A stretch of 64,000 bases of DNA. It comes from Bdellovibrionales bacterium. Lineage in GTDB: Bacteria; Bdellovibrionota; Bdellovibrionia; Bdellovibrionales; UBA1609. Below the pieces are notes generated by a model, which was given only the letters and a program-made list of their open reading frames with translations, had not been told where the DNA came from and searched no databases. The translations under genes were made by a program, and so were the position numbers. This document shows positions 56,145 to 64,000 of the stretch, in pieces. The stretch lies in contig JBFWON010000003.1 in assembly GCA_050250515.1 (NCBI GenBank), forward strand, positions 395 through 64,394. The letters run 5' to 3'. Numbering within the stretch: position 1 is the first letter of the stretch; the number at the start of each line of letters is the position of its first letter.

Positions 56145-58319
56145 GTGGTCACATTCAAATCGACAGCTGACGCCATCGATGCACTTTTGGAAAAAGTGGG
56201 CAAAGTTTTGCGCGTGGCCACGCCCCTGGGGGCGGGGAAACCCAATCTACTGCTGAACGAACTTTACCGGCGGGCGAAGCAAGATCCTTCACTGGATCTG
56301 GTCATTATGACCGCGTTGACTCTGACCAAGCCATCTGGGAAATCCGATTTAGAAAAAAGGTTTCTGGGCCCTTTCGTCGATAGGGTTTTCAAAGACTACC
56401 CCGATCTCGATTATGAATTGGACCGCTTGGCCGGAAAACTTCCGGCCAACGTGAAGATTGTGGAATTTTATTTTCCCGCGGGGAAATACATCGGCTGTCA
56501 GTCGGCCCAACAAAATTATATTTCTAGTAACTACACACATGTGACCCGCGACCTACAGAGCCGAGGAGTGAACGTACTTCTTCAGCAAGTCGCGGTGGAT
56601 CCGAACTCCACCCCGTGGACGTTTAGCCTGTCTTGTAACGCAGATGTCACCGGAGACCTTCTGCCGGAAATTCGAGCCAAAGCCGATCGGGGTGAACCGG
56701 CCGCCATCGTCTTTCAAGTCAACTCTCAGCTACCCTTTATGACCGGCCACTGCTTAGTGGAAGAGTCTCAGGTCGATTTTCTCGTCAACAACGAAGGCGG
56801 ACATTATCACCTGTTCAGCCCCCCGAACGAGGCCATTTCCGATGTCGATTATATGATTGGACTGAATGCGAGCACCCTCATTCGCGATGGAGGCGAGCTA
56901 CAAATTGGCATCGGCGCTCTCGGCGATGCCATCACCTACGCCCTTTTACGACGCCAGCAAGACAATCGAATCTATCGAGAAGTCTTGGATCAGCTCGACT
57001 TTTCTAAAAAATTCCCATGGACAGAGCAGGTGGGTCGCGACCTCAACCCCTTTCGAGCTGGCCTATTTGCCGCGACCGAGATGCTGGTCCCTGGGTTTTT
57101 GCACTTACTCGACGCTGGTATCTTGAAGCGCCGAGTTTATGATGACGTGATTTTGCAACGCCTCTTAAATGAACGAAAAATTACCGAGGACGTCAGCGCA
57201 CAAACTCTGGAGCATCTGCTCCGTGCCCGAGCCATTGACGAAGTCATCGGAAAAAGAGAATTCACCTATCTTCAGTATTGGGGCGTTTTCCGTGCCGACT
57301 TGTCATTCGAAAGTGGCGTGCTGGTCACATCGGATGGACAAAGAATTGAAGCTCACTTAGGCAAACTCGACAGTCGCGAAGCGATTTTCAATCGATGCCT
57401 CGGGAATCGTTTGAAAAATGGTCGAATGGTCCACGCCGGTTTCTTTCTTGGACCACAGGACTTTTATCAGCGGCTTCGACAGCTTCCCATGGAGATCCGC
57501 GACCAAATCGACATGCGAAGCGTGACCAAGATCAATCAACTCTATGGCCACGAAGAAATAGATCGCCTGCACCGACGTTACGCACGTTTCGTCAATACAT
57601 GCATGATGATCACCATGGATGGCTCCGCCGTTTCCGATGCACTGGAAGACGGCACCGTGATCAGCGGAATTGGCGGTCAGTACAACTTCGTCGCCATGGC
57701 GCACGCGTTACCCGAAGGACGATCCATTCTCAATGTGCGTTCCACCCGCGGGGAAGGCTCGAGTCTTCGATCCAATTTGGTGTGGAACTACGGCCACAAC
57801 TCGATCCCCCGCCAACTACGCGACATCGTCGTCACCGAATATGGCGTTGCCGATCTGCGCGGAAAGACGGATGCGGAAATTATCGATTCCCTTTTACGTA
57901 TCAGTGATTCGCGCTTTCAAAGTTCTCTGTTGGAACAGGCTCGGAAGATGGACAAGATCAGTGCCGACTACCGGATTCCCGAGGCTTATCGACACAATCT
58001 TCCGGAATCCCTAAATTCCGCGATGGGTAAGTACCGGTCCCATGGGTTTTTCCCACGCTATCCATTTGGTTGTGACTTTAGCGACGTCGAATTGGAGCTG
58101 ATCGAAGCCTTAAAGTCTTTAAAACGGGCGACCCAGGATTGGACCGAAATGACCAAGAGAATTGTTCAGTCCGCCGCTCGATCTTCGTCTTCCCACCGCT
58201 TTGAAGAGCATCTTCAAAGAATGGGGCTGAGCCATGCCACCGGGATTAAGGAACGACTGACGCGCCGATTGCTTCTGCAAGCCCTTTACTCGGCCACCAC
58301 GGGTAGACAACCAAATTGA
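56145..58319 (+). CDS. Acetyl-CoA hydrolase/transferase family protein (long form)
   Basis: PLGAGKPN, YISSNYTH, LQIGIG, ISGIGGQYNFV and IVVTEYGVADLRGK motifs. Confidence 0.93.
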   Translation: MVTFKSTADAIDALLEKVGKVLRVATPLGAGKPNLLLNELYRRAKQDPSLDLVIMTALTLTKPSGKSDLEKRFLGPFVDRVFKDYPDLDYELDRLAGKLPANVKIVEFYFPAGKYIGCQSAQQNYISSNYTHVTRDLQSRGVNVLLQQVAVDPNSTPWTFSLSCNADVTGDLLPEIRAKADRGEPAAIVFQVNSQLPFMTGHCLVEESQVDFLVNNEGGHYHLFSPPNEAISDVDYMIGLNASTLIRDGGELQIGIGALGDAITYALLRRQQDNRIYREVLDQLDFSKKFPWTEQVGRDLNPFRAGLFAATEMLVPGFLHLLDAGILKRRVYDDVILQRLLNERKITEDVSAQTLEHLLRARAIDEVIGKREFTYLQYWGVFRADLSFESGVLVTSDGQRIEAHLGKLDSREAIFNRCLGNRLKNGRMVHAGFFLGPQDFYQRLRQLPMEIRDQIDMRSVTKINQLYGHEEIDRLHRRYARFVNTCMMITMDGSAVSDALEDGTVISGIGGQYNFVAMAHALPEGRSILNVRSTRGEGSSLRSNLVWNYGHNSIPRQLRDIVVTEYGVADLRGKTDAEIIDSLLRISDSRFQSSLLEQARKMDKISADYRIPEAYRHNLPESLNSAMGKYRSHGFFPRYPFGCDFSDVELELIEALKSLKRATQDWTEMTKRIVQSAARSSSSHRFEEHLQRMGLSHATGIKERLTRRLLLQALYSATTGRQPN

Positions 58320-59542
58320 GAAGGATTTAAGCGCATTCCCAAAGCGTGGCAAAAACGCGCGTATTGAAGATGCGCCTCTGCCCATCCCGTAATGGTCAGA
58401 TATTCGGCCTCAGCCAAACGGCTCTGATCAACTAAAGTGTCATTTAAGGAGCTTCGACCGGCCCGCAACCGTCTTTGCGTGTCTTCGTATAAAGAGAGGG
58501 CCATCTGCCTCGACTTTTCCCGATGAGCCGCGGTTTGAAGCGAAGTTTGAAGTCTGGCGCTCCCCTGTTCAAAGTCGGCTTCGGCATTGCGCCGGGCGAC
58601 TTCCAATTGTTTTTGCGCAATGGACTTTTGCGCCACCTGAACCCGGTAGTCCGCGTGCTGTTTCAAATCCATCAACGGTACGGTCAGAGTCAAAGTGGTT
58701 AACCAACCCGTGTCCTTGCGAGATTCGTAATCAAAATATCCATAATCGACGCTGAGATCGAGCGAAGGCAAAAAATCACGAAATTTGGCTCTCTCAGACT
58801 GATCCTGAGCCTCCAAAGATTCTTGGGCGGACTTCCAACTTGGAACTTGCTGGACCTTGAAGTCCTTTTTTAGCCAGGCCGCGGCCAAATTCGGCGTCAG
58901 AAATGAAGTCCATGGCCATGTGTCACTGGTGACGTCCAGAGAACCGAGCTCACTTCGAAGAACCGCACTCGCCGCTGAAAAACTATTTTCAGCATCGCGA
59001 AGCTTGGCCTCCGAATTGCTTTTTTCAATGGTGGCCTTCTGCGCCTCTTGCAGAGGAATCAGCCCCTTTTGGTAGCGAGCTTGTTGAATCTCTTCCAACG
59101 ACTGATTCAGTTGGAAAATATTTTTAGCCACTTTGACTTGAAGATCCGCCTTAACGTAGTTCACCAGGTATTCGAGATTTTTCAATTCCCGAGTCAAAAT
59201 CGTTTCGGTCAACTGGGATTTTTCAGATTCCAGACTGGCTCGGCTACTGTTGATCGAAGCCCAGTCGGAGCCACCGTGAAAGAGGTTGATCTTACCTCCC
59301 AGCGTTCCCAACTTCGTTCGACTGTAGGTCGCATCGTTTTTCTGTGTCTCTACACCTTTCGCGTAAAGCGCAGGAAAGAAAAGGGACCGAGAACTCCAGA
59401 GTTCCGCCTGAGCCTTTCTGACCTCGGCCTTTTTCACGAGAATCAATTGGTCTCTGTTCTCTAAGACCGAAAGCGCTTCGTTGAAGGAGAGACCAAAGCT
59501 AAAGCATGGCATGAGAAAAACAATGAAGCCCACCAAATTCAT
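58286..59542 (-). CDS. TolC-family outer membrane efflux protein
   Basis: Two OEP repeats (FFPAL.../FLPSLDL...), RYQKG and RLRAG. Start refined to 59542 (ATGA overlap); the track ORF starts at 59662. Confidence 0.9.
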   Translation of the reverse strand: MNLVGFIVFLMPCFSFGLSFNEALSVLENRDQLILVKKAEVRKAQAELWSSRSLFFPALYAKGVETQKNDATYSRTKLGTLGGKINLFHGGSDWASINSSRASLESEKSQLTETILTRELKNLEYLVNYVKADLQVKVAKNIFQLNQSLEEIQQARYQKGLIPLQEAQKATIEKSNSEAKLRDAENSFSAASAVLRSELGSLDVTSDTWPWTSFLTPNLAAAWLKKDFKVQQVPSWKSAQESLEAQDQSERAKFRDFLPSLDLSVDYGYFDYESRKDTGWLTTLTLTVPLMDLKQHADYRVQVAQKSIAQKQLEVARRNAEADFEQGSARLQTSLQTAAHREKSRQMALSLYEDTQRRLRAGRSSLNDTLVDQSRLAEAEYLTITGWAEAHLQYARFCHALGMRLNPSQFGCLPVVAE

Positions 59543-62500
59543 AATGAAAGCTCCGACAAGGGGCCTCTTTCCATTCGGGCCTTGGCTCGCGTGCGACGCC
59601 ATTGCCAATAGTTCACTTGCAAGGCGGGCACGATAAATAGAGTAAATAGCATGGAGATCCAAAGCCCACCCGTAACGGCAATTCCTAGAGGCTGAAGAAC
59701 CCGACCGCCTTCACCAAGACCCAATGCCACCGGCAACATGCCGATCGCCGTCGTAAGCGAGGTCATCAGGATGGGACGAAGGCGCGCATGGGCCGCCTCA
59801 AGAGCCGCCTCTTCGATCGATCGTCCCTGCGCCATCAGTTTATTGAAAAAGTCGACCAATATGATGCTATTGGCGACAGAGATTCCGTTGAGCAGAATGA
59901 CCCCAAGCGCCGAGTTCAAAGACAGCGTGCTGCCAAAAATGGCTAGCGACAAAATCACTCCGATAATTCCCAGTGGAACCGATATCAACACAAGCAATGA
60001 ACTGACCACATCGCCAAGCTGAATCACCATGGTGACAAAAATAAGAAGAATGGAGAGGCCAATCGCCCAGCCGAGCTGTTTCAAAGCTCCATTCAGCTCA
60101 TGTTGAGCATCGTCAAATTGCACGGTCATATTTCCGATCCGATCTCGATTCTCCGCCAGCCAATTCTTAATGATTTTTTGCGCCTGAAGAACTTTTCCGT
60201 CCACTCCCGATTCCTGACCCTTGTCCTGCTTAGCCTGAAGTAAAACGACGTCTTGTTGATTTTCCCGATGGCGCGGTGGCTCTCCTGCCTGGATCTGCAC
60301 TTCGGCCAGGGCTTTCAGTGGAATGATTTTGTTGTTCACACCCAAAGGAAAAGATGCAAGATCCTCGATCGTCTTGATCGTGCCCTCCGGGTAATGAAGA
60401 ACCAAGTCAAAGACGCGGTTATTGAGCACCCACTGGCCAATCGATCGCCCCTGCGTGGCAATTCGCGAAATATCCGCCAGATCTCCGGGGATCACATTGG
60501 CCCCTGCTGAGATCAATGGAGACCATTGGTCCATGTGGGGACGAATGACAATCTCCTCGGACTTCTCATGATTGGGCTCCTGCCAAACACGACTGAAGAT
60601 CTTTTGACTTTGTAAGGCTTCATCCAGTTCATGCGCAAGATTCAGGCGCTCGCGGGAAGTCCCACCCAGAATCGAAGCCTGAAAATGGGGCGGGTCCGGT
60701 ATGGGGAGTTCCGACGGATTCCATGGAATAACAAAGAATTTCATGAAGGGCGTATTCTGAAAATACTCTTGGAACTCTTTCCAAGCCGATTGCATGCGGC
60801 CTTTATCACTGAGTCGAGCCATGACGGTAGCCCGATTCGCACCGCGAATTTGAGTGAAGGTGTAGTTGATATCCTTGCCGAATTTCTTCAACAAATTAGA
60901 TTCAACTTCCGCCGCCTGTTCCTCCATCTGACGTATCAGCGTGTTGCCCTGGGTATTCAGCGCAATGACCATCCAATCGGTATCTGGCGTTCCGATAATT
61001 TCCCGTGGAAGACGAGGAAGAACCACGCCCACCAAAATCGCCAAGGTGGCGATCAAGCCGGCGTAAGTGAACAATTGAACTTTTCTTCGGCGAAGAAAGA
61101 GTCCCAACGTTGAAATATAAAACTTCTCGAGCCAATGGAGTTGCTTTTCCAGAGGGGAATGGGGCGATTTCCCGCCATCACGGTCCATCAGTTGCAAACG
61201 AATGGTCGGCACTAGAATCAGCGCCACAACGGCGGAAAATCCATGCGAGAACACAACCGTTTTCGCCAAGTCACCTAAGATGGCGTAGCTCAAATCGGAA
61301 GTGAACGCCAGCGGAAGAAAAACAACCAACGAGGCGATAGTCGACGCAATCACCGGCAGTCGGACTTCACTCACAGCTCGGACCACCACGGCCAGGCGGG
61401 ATTGGGCGTCCATTGGACCTTTATGCATCTCAAAATGACGAAAGATATTCTCCATCACCACGACCGACGCATCCACGTTCATTCCCGCGGAAAGAGCCAG
61501 ACCACCGAGCGAAATCAAGTTGATATTGATCCCATTCATTCGCATCAAAATAAAGGCTAAAACAATACTCAGAGGTATTTCGATAGCAGCCGTGGCCACA
61601 TTTCGAAGGCTCCCGACAAAGAGAAACAAAATGACCACGGCCAAACAGGCCGCGAGTATCACTTCATGAAACACGTTTTCAATCGAGTTTCGAATGAATT
61701 CGGAAGGATCGACCAGCACCCGAGACTGAACGTCTTTCGGCCACGAAGGTCTGAGTTCCTCCACGATTTTCAAAATGGACTCGGCCATCACCTTGATATT
61801 TCCACCTGGCGAGGGCGTAGCGAAAAGGATCAGGCTGGGCGAACCGCTGGTTTTAAAGCTTCGCGAATTCTGCGCGGAAGTCTTAAGCTCGACATGACCC
61901 ACATCTCGCAGGTGCACAGCGCGCCCGCCCGAAGCCATGACAGGAATGCTCTTAAGATCTTCTAGGCCGATCGCTGGACGGGGCATTTGCACCCGTAAGT
62001 TGTTGGTATTGACCAGAAGCGAACCACCGTTTTGGGCGTTGGTGGCCAGCTCAACGGCCCGAGCCACATCACGCGGCAAAACGCCCAACGCCGCCATGTT
62101 TTCGGGATTTAACTCAATGCTGACTTCTTTTTGCGTCGGGTTCCACAACGCCGCCTCATCGGCATTCTGAATTTGCGCCAGCTTTGGGGTTAACGAGGGC
62201 TCGAGCAATTCATAAAGTTCATCAAGACCGCGCTTCTCGCTGTAAAAACTCACCGCCAAGAAGCCCGAGTTTTCGGACCAAGACCAAACCTGAATATGGT
62301 CACGCATTTCCCGTGGGAATTGGCCACTCAATCCAAAGATTGAAGTCTCTACTTCCTTAACGGCTCGCTTTTGTTCAACCCCCCAATCAAAAACGATCTT
62401 GAATTGAGCTTTGTCACTTTGATAATCCGTTTGAAGCTTTTCAATCTTGATCGCTTCGTCCGCCAATGAACGCATTCGATTTTCAATTAATCCACCATAA

Positions 62501-62676
62501 ACCTTGGCGAACTCATCGGGGGTTAAACTGCTGTAAGGCACATTGACAACGACAGTGGGCTTACTGCTGTTAGGGAACATGGAAATGGGTAGCCCCACGC
62601 CCGAGAATATCCCAAATAGGGCTAGTAGGCCCAAGCAGATGTAGACCCTAAGAGGAGAACTGTAGATGAGGCTCAA
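59539..62676 (-). CDS. RND efflux transporter permease (AcrB/AcrD/AcrF family)
   Basis: 1045 aa; GMNVDASVVVMENI and RLRPILMTSLTT motifs; 12-TM organisation. Confidence 0.96.
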   Translation of the reverse strand: MSLIYSSPLRVYICLGLLALFGIFSGVGLPISMFPNSSKPTVVVNVPYSSLTPDEFAKVYGGLIENRMRSLADEAIKIEKLQTDYQSDKAQFKIVFDWGVEQKRAVKEVETSIFGLSGQFPREMRDHIQVWSWSENSGFLAVSFYSEKRGLDELYELLEPSLTPKLAQIQNADEAALWNPTQKEVSIELNPENMAALGVLPRDVARAVELATNAQNGGSLLVNTNNLRVQMPRPAIGLEDLKSIPVMASGGRAVHLRDVGHVELKTSAQNSRSFKTSGSPSLILFATPSPGGNIKVMAESILKIVEELRPSWPKDVQSRVLVDPSEFIRNSIENVFHEVILAACLAVVILFLFVGSLRNVATAAIEIPLSIVLAFILMRMNGININLISLGGLALSAGMNVDASVVVMENIFRHFEMHKGPMDAQSRLAVVVRAVSEVRLPVIASTIASLVVFLPLAFTSDLSYAILGDLAKTVVFSHGFSAVVALILVPTIRLQLMDRDGGKSPHSPLEKQLHWLEKFYISTLGLFLRRRKVQLFTYAGLIATLAILVGVVLPRLPREIIGTPDTDWMVIALNTQGNTLIRQMEEQAAEVESNLLKKFGKDINYTFTQIRGANRATVMARLSDKGRMQSAWKEFQEYFQNTPFMKFFVIPWNPSELPIPDPPHFQASILGGTSRERLNLAHELDEALQSQKIFSRVWQEPNHEKSEEIVIRPHMDQWSPLISAGANVIPGDLADISRIATQGRSIGQWVLNNRVFDLVLHYPEGTIKTIEDLASFPLGVNNKIIPLKALAEVQIQAGEPPRHRENQQDVVLLQAKQDKGQESGVDGKVLQAQKIIKNWLAENRDRIGNMTVQFDDAQHELNGALKQLGWAIGLSILLIFVTMVIQLGDVVSSLLVLISVPLGIIGVILSLAIFGSTLSLNSALGVILLNGISVANSIILVDFFNKLMAQGRSIEEAALEAAHARLRPILMTSLTTAIGMLPVALGLGEGGRVLQPLGIAVTGGLWISMLFTLFIVPALQVNYWQWRRTRAKARMERGPLSELSL

Positions 62677-63536
62677 AGGGCTTTCCCTTCGGCATTTTCA
62701 ACTTTCACTTCATCGCCATCGGCGACGAATCCGCTGGAACGCTCGACGACTAAATCTCCCTCTTTGAGTCCATCGACAATTTCAACTTGGCCTCGAAGCC
62801 TCTCACCGAGTGAGACTTCCTGTTTATGTGCTTTGCCATCAATCACCAATCGAACGAAATTCTTGTCTTGGGCTTGCACGACAGCATCTTCAGGCACTAA
62901 AAATCCGTGGTGGAGGTTGGCTTTGAAGGTCACCTTACCAATCATCCCGGGTCGCAAGGTTTTCACCTGCTCGGAATTCGCGGGAAGAAGCTCCGCCGTC
63001 GCGGTGCCGGTGGCTGGATCCACCACAGGGCTTACACCTACAACCTTAAGATCAACCGGGTTTTTGAACGAAGGTATTTCAAGCTTGCCCAAAAGGCCCG
63101 ACCTCAAGAGACTGACATCTTTAGCCGGCACTTCCACAAGAATTCGAAGGCTCGCTGGGTCGGTGACCGTTGCCAACTTTTGGCCTTTCGTGACCAAGGC
63201 CCCTTCGGTTACGAAAAGCTCACTCACAATGCCCGACACCGGGGCAATGGTTGCGGCCGGGGCGTACTGAAACACGGGATCTGTCTGCTGAACAGTGAGC
63301 ACTCGGCGTCCCCGTGTCACAGGTTGTCCCAGCTGGGCGTGAATTCGTCGTACCACCCCGTCGGCTTCCGCCAAGACCGTGGCTTGAACCCGGGTCTTTA
63401 CCGCTGCGGGATAAGTGAGCGCCTGCCCGATTTCCACCTGCTTTGAGGGACGCACCACCACAGTGGGGGTCGTTGTGGCCGCACCCGCCGGCGCGACGCT
63501 GATAAGGCCGAAAAAAATGGCAAGCCAATACCGCAT
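62673..63536 (-). CDS. RND efflux periplasmic adaptor (membrane fusion protein)
   Basis: APVSGIV, VDPATGT, LRPGM and GLKEGD motifs; short alpha-hairpin. Confidence 0.93.
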   Translation of the reverse strand: MRYWLAIFFGLISVAPAGAATTTPTVVVRPSKQVEIGQALTYPAAVKTRVQATVLAEADGVVRRIHAQLGQPVTRGRRVLTVQQTDPVFQYAPAATIAPVSGIVSELFVTEGALVTKGQKLATVTDPASLRILVEVPAKDVSLLRSGLLGKLEIPSFKNPVDLKVVGVSPVVDPATGTATAELLPANSEQVKTLRPGMIGKVTFKANLHHGFLVPEDAVVQAQDKNFVRLVIDGKAHKQEVSLGERLRGQVEIVDGLKEGDLVVERSSGFVADGDEVKVENAEGKAL

Positions 63537-63648
63537 GAAGCCCTCCTTCAGAAGTGGGGGAATTTACCATTATTATGGATAGGTACTGAAAGCACAGATG
63601 CGAGGTTGCAAATTTTATACTTAGATAGAAAGTGCGCTGACCCCAATG

Positions 63649-64000
63649 CTATCGATTGGTTGCACCCGAGGGCGCGGGCCCTTCACTTGGTTTGAGACGC
63701 TTCGCCCAGGGAGGGTTGACGATCGAGGTGTCGTCTTTATCAAAGACCCCATCTGCGGCCATCTTCTCAGCGTGACTTTTCACCTGAGCCTTTTTCGCAT
63801 CATCCATTTGGACGCCCTGGCGCCGGAGGGACTCCCCGCAGCGCATGGTGTATTCGCGAATGGCTTCCTCTCGTGGACAAATGGAACACCACTCTTTGAG
63901 ATACTTCGTCAAGGCGACTCCACTCGCTGGCGCCGGCATCGGTCGATCCAGGTCACATCGATTGCAGCCCGCTTGTCGATCCCCTTGGCTCGCATGCTCT
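63649..64000 (-). CDS. Hypothetical protein, C-terminal part (frame open to the window edge)
   Basis: The frame of track ORF 63649..63939 has no stop up to position 64000. Confidence 0.55.
   Translation of the reverse strand, partial: EHASQGDRQAGCNRCDLDRPMPAPASGVALTKYLKEWCSICPREEAIREYTMRCGESLRRQGVQMDDAKKAQVKSHAEKMAADGVFDKDDTSIVNPPWAKRLKPSEGPAPSGATNR

Noticed and set aside
58286..63536. RND efflux operon as a specific resistance determinant
   Set aside because: It is an ordinary MFP-RND-TolC operon, and its substrate cannot be inferred from sequence.

Overview
Bacterial chromosomal segment, most likely from a Bdellovibrionales-type predator. This is an inference from the FQNC-type lipoprotein, the many secreted hypothetical proteins, the tilS-ftsH-cdaA gene order and the sigma54-like promoters. 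Positions 1-21.3 kb and 32-35.8 kb hold housekeeping and envelope genes: cdaA (partial), ftsH, tilS, TPM protein, Pro-rich VWA lipoprotein, OmpA-family protein, L,D-transpeptidase, glpX and pgsA. They also hold two HTTM/gamma-carboxylase-like plus beta-propeller loci, one fused and one split. Positions 21.4-32.0 kb hold a divergent nine-gene cluster of mostly signal-peptide-bearing helical proteins, ending in a polymorphic-toxin-like gene with a putative immunity gene. Positions 35.9-56.0 kb are a ~20-kb integrative element inserted in tRNA-Gly(GCC). It splits the host tRNA into two incomplete halves and carries its own complete, sequence-variant tRNA-Gly(GCC). The element encodes a tyrosine integrase, a Rep_trans-like protein, a serine resolvase, XRE regulators, exported proteins, a Vsr/C5-MTase/Eco29kI-family restriction-modification system and a four-gene HTH/TIR/TIR/RipA-like membrane-effector operon (Thoeris-like, no ThsA). 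Positions 56.1-64 kb hold an acetyl-CoA hydrolase/transferase and an RND efflux operon. All family assignments come from reading motifs by eye; no database searches were run.
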